Shown: piece after piece, positions 14,499 to 27,099 of the stretch
How positions within the stretch are numbered: the first letter of the stretch is position 1
Layout of the letters: each line of letters starts with the position of its first letter
NCBI RefSeq assembly: GCF_032062105.1
Contig: NW_026929032.1
Span: forward strand, 248,001 to 312,000
Source of the DNA: Saccostrea cucullata
Taxonomy: Eukaryota
Direction: 5' to 3'
DNA: 64,000 nt
Notes under the pieces: model-generated
What the model saw: the letters and a program-made list of their open reading frames with translations, nothing else
Databases searched by the model: none
What the model was told of the DNA's origin: nothing
Made by a program: the position numbers and the translations under genes

Positions 14499-15213
14499 AA
14501 AGGCATAACATCCTCCTTTTCTTCAACTACTTCAGACATGGAAATAAGATTGAAAACTTTTTTGTTAAGTACACCTGAAGTGAAACATAAAAAATTAGTT
14601 TAAGGATTCAAATTGAAACTTAAACTCATCAAAGGAATCCGCCTGGCACCTGTCATGAGAGGGGTACGGATCTTCAATACTCATCGAAAAGACCCAATTT
14701 AGACGGGACAGACTTTCAAATTAATGATAGCTCTCACATAAACTTGATATAGGCGAAGATGCCATTCTGCTCGTTGCATGTGCCCAGGTAAAAATTTAAG
14801 AGCTTTATTCCTTCTTTCTGACAACTGTACATACAATAATTTAGATTGAAAAATAATTTGTTGTTAGATATTTAGATATTAGATTAATTTTATACCCTTC
14901 ACCCTTTGTATACTCCTTAACGCCTTTTAAGAATCTTGGATCTGTCACTGAAAAAGTATTTAGTGAGTAATTAATTTCTTTGTATCAAAGTTCTCTCTGA
15001 ACTATAAATTTAATTCTTTTCTTTATACAAAGATCAAAATAAGTAATATACCCCAAAACACATTTTATTTTAAATTTGAAAATCGCTTTCTAAAGATAAG
15101 AATTAATTTTTGGGAGAAGAAAATCATAATCGTCTAACTGATTATCTAAAACATGACTCTTTACAGCAAAATTTATTGTCAAAATGATTCTTTTGCTGAG
15201 TGTTCATGTTTAT

Positions 15214-16315
15214 CTAGTTAAGTCTCCATCCAGAAAATGTTGATCGTGCATCCGATGAGCTTTCTATATTTCCAACGCCAGACACGGTCTCGTGCGTTTT
15301 AACAAAAACAACATCATCTTTATTCAGATGGGCAACGACTATACCAGTAGATGCATGGCGATCACCATTGTCATACGAGTTTGCCAGGGCACTGTTCCAT
15401 ATGTTTTGATTGATGATAAGGTTTGAAAAGGCATAACTGTGGGCGTCTGAGTAGATATTCCACGTTATCACATACAAGCCATTTGCAGGAACAGTGAAAA
15501 CGCCAGTATACTTATTATAAGAATCTCCTATATTTGTCTTCACAACATCAAAAATAAGTGTATGGTGAGGGGCCAATGTGTGTTCGTCTGTGCTCATATA
15601 GGAGTAGAATGCGCATTGGTTGTGTAGATCATTGTCTGGAAAACTCTGCGAAAGAAGGCGAAGTTCTCTTGCTACAAAAGATTGAACACCAAATCAAAAT
15701 GGTACACAATTATAATATGATATTGGTTACCAAAACCGTATGATAACTGCAATACTATTGTATATACTTCGTGTATTTCAAATAAAATACAATAGAAAAA
15801 GATATTGACAAGACTTGTCATATTCTACCAATTACACCTTTTTAAAATAGTTACGTTCTTCTCATTGTAAAGTCAAACTTACAAGAAGGTCCCTTGCTAT
15901 TTTCGTTTTGGTGGTACTGCGTTTTCTGCCATTCTGAACTTATCAAAACATTTGCTATACTCCAGCCATTTCGTTTATTATCCACTTCTATGGCAGGACT
16001 GTTCATGGAATTGAAAATGGGATATTCCTTCATATTATTTATGATATTGTGTAAGACTTGTATTTCCGAGTTTTGAGATTCAATTTTAATCGAAAGTTCT
16101 TTAATTGTTTTTTCCTGTCCTTTGGCTTTTATTCGAAACTCATTCACAGTTCGGGTCAGTTCGTCCACCTTTTCTTTTAAACTGGTCAATAACTCTCCCT
16201 GTTGCTTGATTGTTCCCAGCAGCCCATCAGAGTTTTGCATCTGGCCATGAGCTTTGCGAGAATAAAGAATAATTATTAAGACTACGACATATTTGCACAT
16301 ATGAGAAAACGTCAT
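15214..16315 (-). CDS. Secreted C1q-domain-containing protein with N-terminal coiled coil (~296 aa); exons 15883-16315, 15214-15671
   Basis: Signal peptide (MTFSHMCKYVVVLIIILYSRKAHG), heptad-rich segment, phase-1 intron, then SRELRLL...CAFYSYMS...LIFDVVKTNIGDSYNKYTGVFTVPANGLYVITW...HLNKDDVVFV...STFSGWRLN*, a complete gC1q domain. Confidence 0.92.
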
Positions 16316-16544
16316 TGTTTGAATGTCCGTTGCCACGAAGGTAGTACGCTTGTTTATTCCAGTACAATCCAACTTATACTATGATAAGAAATAAGAAAGG
16401 TTAAGAAGCAAACTGAAGATAATCAACAGATACACGTTCATGTAATTGTTGATTATTTAATTTTCGACAATTTTTTAAAAACCAAAAATAAATTTAGAAA
16501 ACGATCGAGAAAAAGGGTGGCGTTCTAGAGTTGTAATAATTGTA

Positions 16545-16877
16545 CAATTCTCAGTTACATGTAAGGTTGGACTTTCAGTGAGGCGTGGCTTTTTCGATGT
16601 TACATATGTAACTAGCTTCACAACTTTCAACACTGTTGAAATATACATTGGATACAATTCGACTGAATCTAAACGAGCGTAAGAAATAACCAATAACAAG
16701 GTCTCGTGCGGCAAAGAGATGGGGTTTAAGTCGTCTCATCGTTGTCAACAACATATTAAAGTCCACATATTTTTAATTTTTCAACTAATGAGAATCTATT
16801 CGCCATTTAACAGACGCTAATTACGTAGCACCGAAAATGCCACACCTCACTGAAAGTCCAAGATTACTTGAGAATTG
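16545..16877. mobile_element. MITE with long imperfect TIRs and TA TSD (Tc1/mariner-type), ~230 bp upstream of the C1q ATG
   Basis: TA|CAATTCTCA...TTGGACTTTCAGTGAGGCGTGGC at the left end; GCCACACCTCACTGAAAGTCCAA...TGAGAATTG|TA at the right end. Confidence 0.75.
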
Positions 16878-17028
16878 TACTATTTATTGTTATCAAAACT
16901 AAATTGCAAAACTCATTAATTTTGAAAAATAAACCTAATATATTTATTCATAATTTGTAATTTATAGCTTGACAATTTGTAGTTAATAAATTACATGCGT
17001 TATTAGATTCAAGATATTTTAAATGTTC

Positions 17029-17949
17029 TGTAGTAGGCTTAGATTTTACTGACTTAGTAGATAACGATAACCCTTATTGGTTACGATCGGTTATTGCACA
17101 TTCGGAATTTTTTTCTAGCTTTATATAGTGATTTGGGAAAAGTCCTTGTATGGGTTATACATAGAATGCAGATTTTCATTGGATAAGAGAGAGACACCTT
17201 CAGGCCGCGGTGTATTTAAAGTCCAGCATTTCACGTTTAGATCAGTTGGTCTGGAACCTTCTCAAAGGTTCGTACCAGCTCACTTTTTGATTAGAGGGGT
17301 AGATCCCGGTCCCAGTCTCTGTCTCGTTCAATATTCACTCGTTCATTTGTTCACTCCTTTTGTTTTTCCTTATTTATACGTCCATTTTATTGTTAATTTC
17401 CAGTTCCTTATTTTTATTTTTGGTAAACCGGTTAGGTTAGGCGTAGTAGATTTTACGTGCAGGGGTGGATCACTTTCCTTTGGACTTAGCATTGGGTAGG
17501 ACGGGCTCTGGACTTCGTACATTTGTTAGGTAGGCACTTATTTTTATCGAGGCCCATAAGTATATAAAAAGGTCGTTAGTACATCAGTTTTCATTGTAAA
17601 TATATAAATGTAAATATTTCTGTGCTGTTAATAAAATACAATTGTGGCCATAATAAATACTTTTAATTTGCAAGCTCTTGTTAATAAAATTATTGGGTTA
17701 GTAAGTCACTTTTGTGACTATTTGAGATACAAATGGTTTATTGGTTAGTTAGAAGTTGGTATAAAACGCGAAGTACTATTATTGATAAAGAAAGTGTGTG
17801 ATATTTAAGAGGTATTTTTATACGGTCATTTTCGTTACATTGGTATCGTCGAATTTTCTAAATTGCATTGATACCATGTAGCGAATTTCCGGTTTCATAG
17901 GTGCCGTGAATGGTAGCTAAGCTTAAGTTTAAAACCAAATCCTGTCACA
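17029..17949 (+). mobile_element. Probable solo LTR (~920 bp)
   Basis: TGT...ACA termini with imperfect terminal inverted repeats (TGTAGTAGGCTTAGATTTTA vs reverse complement TGTGACAGGATTTGGTTTTA). Flanks GTTC/TTTC suggest a 4-bp TSD with 1 mismatch. Internal TATATAAA (17561) is followed by several AATAAA. Confidence 0.55.
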
Positions 17950-18343
17950 TTTCCATCAAAGACAATTAAGGTTTGCCTTTCCTTAGTAGCAAGACCATGA
18001 CAACAACAGAAATGGAACATTAATTTACATTTACATGTACCTAACAAACAAGTACATAAACTTAGGATTTAGATTGTAGATGAAGATATGTGTTTGTTTC
18101 TCCAAAGTTAGGGTATAACAAACCTATTTATACCAGAATGTTGTTTTTTCTTTGTTTAACCCAGTAGTTTAACGAGTAAAGATTAACGAAAGGCTCGGAG
18201 AATTTTGCAATAAAATGGGGGAGGGGTAGAATTTCTAAAAACATATTCAACAGCTTTATAGGCTGATGTATGAAAGAACAAAAGGCACGATAAAGAAATA
18301 TGTACACATTTTACTTTAAAAAGTAAGCATCTGGATAGAACAT

Positions 18344-21167
18344 TTATCCAACCAAGTCCCCATGCATCGCAAGTTCAATCCTGTGAAATAGAAAAAGATT
18401 GGGGAAAGAATCATTCACCATTAACGTTTTACTATATTGTTTCACTTAATTGTTAAACAAAAGCTGTCTATAAAAGATTTTAACAGAAAAAAAACTTTTT
18501 CAAAGATCTACGTCTCTGTTGTTTTTAATACTCAAATATGTATTATGAATCAAGAAAGGAAAAATAGCATTGTATATATAAATGCTCTGGGATTAATAAA
18601 ACAAAAACAAATGGTTGTAGGAAGCATTACACGAAATTGAAAAAGAAAATCATACTCCATTTCACAAATGAAGCTGAATTTTCTATCGCAGTAATCATCG
18701 TTCCAGTGATGATTTAAATTTCCCGCCAAAGTCATGCACGCTGCACTAACACCATTAACTGGTTCCCCTGGTGACCAGCCGACATATGTGAATGGACGCT
18801 GCCTCGTTACCCATACCCAATGGCCTTCTTCAAACGCATCTGTTGCACCAACCCAGTATGTATCTACAAAATAAGGAGACTTGTGTTGAATTTTGATGAA
18901 CCATCTTATAGTTATACTTTCTCTTTTTTCAACAGCACTCTCTTTTGATTCTCTGTCTATTTCTCTCAAATCTTACCATGATTTGAAGATATATGGTGTC
19001 GTAGGAAATTATCTTCATCCTGCGTCTCAATTTCCGCTAGATGAGAAGCAAACCTCTCACAAAAAGCCTGCATTAAAAAAGAGAAGACACACAGAGTCAT
19101 CACAAATCCTGTCCATTGATAAAAACAATACAAGTAGGAATTTCAGGTACACGAGTTCCAATTTTTATCGAAGTTGTGTAGCTTGAAATACATCTGCTCT
19201 TCATTTATGTTTTAAATAAAGCTTTATGAGCATAGATGACATATCTATAAAGTAAAAGATCTTAGATTGCTTGAATAAAAACATGAAAAAGATATATAGA
19301 TAAAGAGCTGAAATTGCGCACAATCCTAATACATGTAAGTCAACTTGAAGTCACAGGTTTGTTCGGTTGCATTTTGTCCAGTGCAAAATTTCGCCATTTT
19401 TTGACATTGCAAAGCGTTGAATTACTGACAAATGTAGTAATTAAAATCCTTAGATCCTCAATTCACTAATACATGTATATAGCTAGGTTACAAACTTCTG
19501 AATCATCATTACTGATGTACTTACAATTTTTTGTTAACAAAAATATTAGTAGTAAAATCTATTTAGCTACCCAGAACATTCAGGTTTCATGCAGCACTCG
19601 CAATACTATTTTACTAATGTATGTGTTTAATAATACAACTTATTATTCAAGAAAACAGTTTTCAATCAAACACTGTTCAATTTAGAATTTCTCAGAATTC
19701 TGGACTAATTTATTCCAAAAGCATCTCACTAATCACTTATACCGAGAATAAAGCAAATTAGTAGTACTCAAAACAGGAAGTATGCTTCTCAAATTGTTTA
19801 AACTCATTCAAAACTTTTCAAGGTAGAACTTCCGATCACTTGGGAATTTATATCCTCTATATTTAGATCCACTGAATATTTTCCTTTTTATTTCTTATGA
19901 ATACCATTGCCATTTATCAGTGCATGAGCACCACTAAGCAAGCTACGTATGTGGATTTCTTAAACAATGGCTGTTCCATCAGTTCTACATACAATGACAT
20001 ATTCATCTTAGATACAATAGTCAATAAATTTAATTTTACTTTGAATGAATGAATAATACAAATGTTAATATAAACAATAAAATGCTTTCTTTGTTAGTTA
20101 GTACGGGAATTAACGTCGCAGCTATTGAAGAAAAAAATACGTAACCTGCTTACCCGGGTAATGTATTTTTTCTTCAACAGCTGCGACATTAATTCCCGTA
20201 ATAACAACCAAAGAAAGCATTTTATTATTTTAAAAACATCAACTTTAAAACAACTCATCCGAAAAGTATATGTCGCTGAAAATCTAAAGGATGTGAGTGA
20301 TAATTCATGGCCAGGGTAACAATATGCGTTCACTTGCAATTATGGTTTGAGTTCTATTTACTAGCATTTGAATTCTTCTTTAATTAGTAATATTCTAAAA
20401 AGTGTACAATCCACTTGTTTAGAAATCAATATTCTATATCTTTTTATATCAAATAATAAGCTTTAAAAAATACGACATGCTCAATACAAAGCATTTTCTC
20501 TGATTCTGGATTCTGAAGATTAATGCAGACTAGCATAATTCTGGACATTTTGTCTGTTAGATAAACTTCTGAACCACAGGTACGAATTCAAAACCTTATT
20601 GCGCATCTGAAAGTCAAATGAAATGCAAAGAAAATTTTATGCAATGTATTAAGAGAAATAAGGAAAAAAAGTTCGACCGATAGACAGACTTTAGAGGATT
20701 GTAACAATATGCCTGAGCTTTCCTTAGAGTCTTTGTATCATGAAATTCAGAGAACATATTTCAGAGCATCTTTTTAATTAAAAGCACTTTCCTCATTTTA
20801 TCGATATCAGTTCACGGAGAGTTTAATACATTATTTTTCTAATATCTGTATTTTTGTTTTCTCTCCTCCTTTGCACATGATCATATTTCTGGAGTTTTAG
20901 AGATCCATTTTACTCCTTTCCTATTTTGTAATTTAAAATCAACTTTTGCCCTTGAATAATGTTCATTATATCCAAATATTTTATTTCAAGTGTAAAATGA
21001 AATGTTATGAAAAATACATATACCCCAGCTTCAATCCAGTCGGTTTTTAGATCTGTGACAAAAGCGTAACAAGAACGACCATGTAAGTACCAAGACTCGG
21101 GACAAGGATTGAATGCTACTGCGTTAGTTGTCAGGAAGGCTGTGGATACTGCAAAAATATATTGCAT
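18344..21167 (-). CDS. C-type lectin (perlucin-like), copy 3; exons 21024-21148 (or from ATG 21167), 18977-19067, 18656-18863, 18344-18380
   Basis: In-frame splice model: VSTAFLTTNAVAFNPCPESWYLHGRSCYAF...DWIEAG/AFCERFASHLAEIETQDEDNFL.../DTYWVGATD...WSPGEPVNG...WNDDYCDRKFSFICEME/IELAMHGDLVG*. Same intron positions and phases as copies 1 and 2. The true first exon was not located. Confidence 0.9.
20104..20198. repeat. ~95-bp near-perfect palindrome (tiny foldback MITE) flanked by TA
   Basis: TA|CGGGAATTAACGTCGCAGCTATTGAAGAAAAAAATACG...ATGTATTTTTTCTTCAACAGCTGCGACATTAATTCCCG|TA. Confidence 0.8.
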
Positions 21168-21469
21168 TATATTACGAAATTTTTTTAGTTTTAAAGATTA
21201 TTATATTAAGACCCTTGAATGTGTTTGTAGAGGGAATATACATATATCTTTTTTGCGATTATTTAAAGTAAGAATTTTGAATCCAATTCATTTCTCCTTT
21301 AGGGGCACAAAATATATAACGTACCAGTTATGACCTCATGATGTTCATGATAAATGAGTATTAAATTAACGTGATGCAAATTTATTTTGATTGTACGTCT
21401 CATTATAATATTTGTATTACTTGACAATTATAAATGTTGAGAACCTACGAGGTCAATCTGATTTTCGAA

Positions 21470-21960
21470 GCAGAAAGAAATGTAATGAACGAAATGACTT
21501 CTACTTTTCAATCGTCAACTTCCCTTACTTATGCAGCAATATACCTTCGTCACCTGCTGCATACGTGATTAATACATGTATCTCTCAGCTTTTCGACACG
21601 CACTAGTATGCTCTACGTTTAATATAATTTCTAAACAGATGTAAATTATTGGCAAACAAATTGATGAAACAAGAATATCAGCGGTCTTGTTCAAAGTTAT
21701 CATTTCGTACGTTCTATGGTCGATAAAATTATCTTGTAAGCAATTACAATTAATCAATGCGTCGAATGGTGACTGAAGTTTTTCATTCATTCTTATCGTT
21801 AATCCATTATAAGAACACTGAATTCTCAACATATTTTCCTTTATTTCCCGACCATGACAAGGAGCACACGGCAGGTGTGACCGGTCAGCAGGGGATGCTC
21901 ACTCCTCTGTGGCACTTAATCCAACCTCTGTTGTTTCGGAGGTCGTTATTTCTTTGATCC
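21470..21960 (+). mobile_element. Penelope-like retroelement 3' fragment
   Basis: Decayed RT C-terminal motif ERNDFYFSIVNFPYLCSNIPSSPAAY...ISQL, followed by the recurrent tail GGTGTGACCGGTCAGCAGGGGATGCTCACTCC. Family assignment is from recognition, not a search. Confidence 0.6.
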
Positions 21961-22786
21961 AATTTTGAATATTTTAAGCTTGAATATTGTTCGATACCTC
22001 CATATGTTTCAAGAAATGCGTACAGCAGTTGTGTGCAATTATTTTAATTTTCATGTTAAGCTTACATCATAAAAATCAAAATATTTGCAAAATGTGTTAT
22101 TATAAAAATATTTTAAGTATTCCTACCTAAAAGGAAAGTTGAAAATACCCACATCGTGTTATATATGTCTATATCCTCTGGCATATGATTATAACAATAT
22201 CCTTATCTTTTACATTTGACCTAATTTTTATGTGTTAGTGGCTTGAATAATTTTGGTGCGTGTGTAGTTCTGATAATATATGAAGTTTATGGGGAGTTAG
22301 AGATGCTTAGGCAATATAAAAGATGCAGTGGATAAGTATAATAATACCAAAAGGGCATAGTAAAATTTATCCATTGAACCTCATAAAGAGCCATTTTTCA
22401 AGGATTCTCATTCTTGTCCTTCAGGTAATTTGAAATTGTCAAGATTTCTGATGGTGAGTGCAGAAAGGAAAATAATTTTAAAACATAATAGAAAGCCTTA
22501 CTAAATATTTCAAAAGCTTTATATGTGTGCATCGTTACTGTGCGTGATAAATAGTAAAAATATATAATTGATCCTAACATTCACTTTCCTTTTAGCTTGT
22601 TACTAAAAGATGCAAAGAAAATCACATTTGTGTCGTAAAAAAAAATATATGCACAGAAAATTTGCACTTGGGGTTTTACTTGTGACTCGCTCGTCAAAAT
22701 GTTAATTTTTGCAATTTACAGGCAATATCATTCAGGAAGTAATAGAATTATAATTTTTGGAAAAGTTTTATTCAACTTTCTACATC

Positions 22787-25516
22787 TCAAGATGTTTTCT
22801 CTTTAAAAACAATTCTAGAAACCATTGAATCAACATGTGTTTCGTCAACATTGACTATAGTAAATCCACATTGTTCTATGAATTTTCTGCGGTCTTCAAC
22901 TCCCCATCCGGCCCCGTGACCAATCGCTGGACTTTCTGACATACTATTCGGTAAGCAAAAAAATACACTGTATGGCAGATGAGTCTTTGCAGCCTCGTTA
23001 TCAACATTTTTTGAAACGTCCGACGATACGTCAGGGTCAAAGGTCACAATATATCCATTAGGTTTCAGGATCGTTTTCAACTCTGATAAAACTCGTTCTG
23101 GATCGGGTAAGTCATGCAGAACTTCATGTAATATAATAATATCAAACTTGTTCTTCTGTAGTGGAGTCCCATGTTTCGTGTGTGTGAAGAATAGGTTAGG
23201 ATAACTATATGTGTTCCTACAGTGTTGTATAGACCCCTCGTCGATATCTGTTCCTGTGATATTGATATCTGGATAGATTTGTGCTAGCTGTTGACAAAGT
23301 TTTCCGTAACCGCAACCAAAGTCAAGAATATCAGTGATATTATCTGTAAATAGAAATAAATCTTATAAGTGAATTCACACGAATTTCTTGAAAGTAAGGC
23401 AAAAGATTTTTTTTATATATTTATTATCTACGGAGTTACTACTGAGGTATAGAAAATTTCTTAACGTGGTCCACCTGTCATTGTGTTTGGTCTTTGATAC
23501 TTTTTTTTTTTTATTTTTTTACATAAATACTTAAGTCTAATGCAATTTACACGAAAAATAGGTGAGGACAGCAAACAGTGATTGACCTTTAAAAAATCTA
23601 TAAACAATACAAATCGGTAAAGAGGGCATAAAACAAAGACTCGTGACTTTTTGGATGTGGGATAATATGCCAAGGAGGAAAAAGCAATCCCCTGTTAACT
23701 GATCACATGAAATAAAATTAGATGAAACATTGGATGGATGCATTTAAAATGTCATGCATCAAAGCTTGCCTTTTTCTTACCTTGAGTATCTTTAAAGTGT
23801 TTTTCGAAAACTGGCTCTAAATTATTATGAATCCAGTCATGGTCAAAGGCATTTATTTCGTTAAATTTTCCTAACCATTCCAAATCTTTCTGTGGAAAAG
23901 AATACCCTGGTTGAATGAAAATTAAAATAAATGTGTATTTGTTTATGAAAACCATAAGCAGTGGATCATAACAACCAAGACAAAAATGTTTTTAAATATA
24001 CAAAAGGCATTACAAAACAAGGAAGAGGTTCGTCATTATCCCATTCATTAACTCATATGAACCGCATAATTATACAAAAAAAAATTGTAACTGGAAAATA
24101 GTGTAAGTTTCTGGTAAATTGTCATTGAAAACATATTTGGACTAACCTGTATTTGTGTCCTTGACTCGCATTACCGTCTCCAGTTTTGGTAAACAGTCAC
24201 AGAACAATGGTAGCATGGCGGATGTAAGAACAGCCTTTTGAACTCTCTCAGAGCAAGGTAGACTAAATTTCTCCTTTTCCAGTTTTATTATGCCTTTTGC
24301 CGTCATACAAGTTAGCCATTCCTGTACATATCTAAAACCAATAATAACAAGAAGTGTTTGTGAAACACTGATGCCCCGATTTGGCAGCATAATTATGGCA
24401 AGTGTTGAAATTTCTCAAATGCGCGTTGTACTCCAAGGCTAAGGTCTAAAGGCTGTAGGTACCCAAAGGGTCACAAGGAATCAATCTTTGAAATATGAAA
24501 GCCCTAGCACTAACGGTTTAAAAGATATGGTTTACCTTTTTTTAAAGTAAGTCAAACTCTAAATACAAGGTCAGAAGGTCAAAATTTATACCCAATAACA
24601 GATCTTAGTAAATACTCTTGTGAGGTATGAAAACCCTAGCACCAACTATACAGTTATGATTATGGTTAAATTTCGAAAATTTTTGGTAAAAGTGGGTCAA
24701 GGTCCCATGGTCAAGTTTGGTAAAAAAAAAGAAAGGTCTTGTCAATGAATACATCTGTGAAATGGAAAAGCCATAGCCCTACGTATACACATTAAAAGTA
24801 TTGGACAATGTTAAAGTTTTTGCTGTCAAACATACAATTTAAACAGACAGCTAAACAGACAGACGAACGGATGGATAGGGCAAAATCTTTGATTACGGGA
24901 CAAAAATACACACCTGATAATTTATAAATGAAGTTGTGACATTGAAAATTTAAAGCAATTTGTTTACTGACATGCATCTAATGCATATTTTTTTCTCATA
25001 TTAATAAAGTCATAATCGATATAGTACATAAATATGGCAACAGATGTTAACAATCCGATTTTTTAATAATCCTGCAAGTTATGTTAAAGTAAAATGATAC
25101 TGAGGCATGTTGTAATATATACATGTATTAAATAAAATGTTGATTTGCAATAAGATTTTAACCAATTGATTGAAAATTGTCAATGTCTTTTTTTCAAGTT
25201 ATAAAAGTGCATGGTCGTTGTCTTCGCCTTTTTCAAAAGCTGAGGAGGAGATAATTAAATAAATGTACAGTAAAAATTATTTGAAAAGAAAGAAATACCT
25301 AAGATTTAATCCTGCTTCTTCACTGATCTCTTTTGCTGTTGATGGTTTGTTTAATCGTCCAAAGGCATCAATAATGCCCACTTTGTATCCTAAAGCCAGC
25401 ACCATTGCATGTAGCCCGCTTGTCACCGTTTCTTCAATGACTTTTTCTACGGAATTCATTTCGTTTAGCTTTTGTTCCATATTGCATTCCTTACTTTTAA
25501 CTTTCTCCTCTTCCAT
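22787..25516 (-). CDS. SAM-dependent methyltransferase, Rv2258c-like (N-terminal winged helix plus class I MTase), 361 aa; exons 25299-25516, 24147-24331, 23781-23906, 22787-23343
   Basis: Open spliced frame. N-terminal LALGYKVGIIDAF...TAKEISEEAGLNLR/YVQEWL..M...GII. SAM motif I ILDFGCGYG, ITGTDID, KFDIIILHEVLHDLPDP, LKPNG. C-terminal YSVFFCLPNSM...GHGAGWG. Confidence 0.92.
24345..24906 (+). mobile_element. Helentron-associated non-autonomous element (HINE-like) in methyltransferase intron 1
   Basis: Starts AACAAGAAGTGTTTGTGAAACACTGATGCCCC; the same terminus occurs reversed at ~44525-44560. Internal degenerate ~150-bp repeats (GGTCAAGG...GAAAGCCCTAGC) and a GACA-type microsatellite near the other end. 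Confidence 0.6.
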
Positions 25517-27099
25517 ATTTAATTTTTATTATTTCCTCTTGTCGGTTGTTTGAAGGATATTAAATTTCCGACTTCTGTTTCGCTTCCCGTGTCGTGTAGA
25601 TCAAATGTTGTTTTTCCCCATACAACGTCAATCAATGGCTACTACAATTCTATATATGGGTTAGTAGACGTCCATTCTTTTAAACTTAAGGATCCAAGTT
25701 AGGACACATTAACAAATTAGAAAATTATGTATGTTCATTATGTATTCTTACGTCAACTTGTGTAATTTGTTTTAATGCACCACATACAAACACATCATTT
25801 TAGACACGTATATATTCATATTTGAAAATTAAAACATTAATTTAATATTATATATGCATAAAATGACAAACCTGTTTACAACCTTATTGTTAGCTTCCCA
25901 ACTTTATATTTACTCGACATAATAAAATCCACCAGTCGATCGAATTCAGCTATTCAAGTTTTATTTATGCATGTCAGTGCATTTTCTCAATTATTTAAGC
26001 ACTGTGCAATATGAGGTTATTCAAATGTGGGTCAAGGCATTAGCTTACACATTTAAATACAACCTTTACATTTTGTGATTGTTGTTATGCACTTCAATAT
26101 GTCTGTCAATATCACATCACATATGTCATTTACATCATCATCATCATGATCATTGTAAATGAAAAATAATGTTCTATCAACATGATCAAAACGAGGTGTT
26201 CAGTACAAACTGTTCACTCACTGATGCACGGTGCTGATAAAAGCTTCTTTCCCAAAACTTTCTGAACTGCTTATATTATTTTTAGAACAGAGTACCATTT
26301 GAAGGATTATCTATATGTTTGTTGAAATTAAAGTCTCTCACTAAGTACTCCTAAGACAGCCAGAAGAATATACTAGATCAAAAAACTATATGCACAGTTT
26401 TCCATGGTTGTAAAAAATATAACGTTGATAGTGTTGGTAATCATTTTGTCCACAGTGTAGCAGTGTAAATGTTATATAGGCCTATTCCGCATTATACAGA
26501 GACGTAAGATGCGTCACACATATCAGTCTTACAATATATTTATTACTTTAAACCAACTTTTGTTCGAGCGTGAGAAATATCAGAGAATTTCGTGATCTTC
26601 TTTAACTCGCGAATATTAATCGTTGCAAACTATTTCATATTTCCATTTGCAAAGAAGAATGTCTTAAGCCCCGTTCACATGCCGAAAAATACCCTAGGAG
26701 TAAATTTTCCGTCAAGGATTAATTTTATTCAAACTGAAGAATTGCGAATTCAAGATAATGCGAATTATAGAATAATACATGATGTCTCCTTTTTTCACTT
26801 CTATACTTAACTCCGTAAAATTATTTTGTAAATATTCTGATTTTACACACAAGTACTCTAAAGTTGATATTAAAAAGCTTTCAAGATTTTGAAAAGCTTT
26901 TAAGATGCTTGATTTTGAGAAGGACACTCCTCCACGGCACCTGATCCTCTGACTTGTTTTGGAGGTCTCTTATTTTTTTTCTTCCAACGAATTGAGTGTT
27001 TTAAGCTTGGGATGAAACGTACAAACAAGTTATATAAAAATGATATATCTAAACACAAACCATATAGGAGCTTCTTTCCCTCTACTTTGTACACATAGA

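Noticed and set aside
17128-17499. 123-aa ORF and many other 60-130 aa ORFs in the track
   Set aside because: They lie in repeats or antisense to real exons, often start at TTG/GTG, and have low-complexity F/I/K/L composition.
22787-25516. Bacterial contamination as the source of the methyltransferase
   Set aside because: It has three canonical introns, one containing a host repeat, and host-like base composition.
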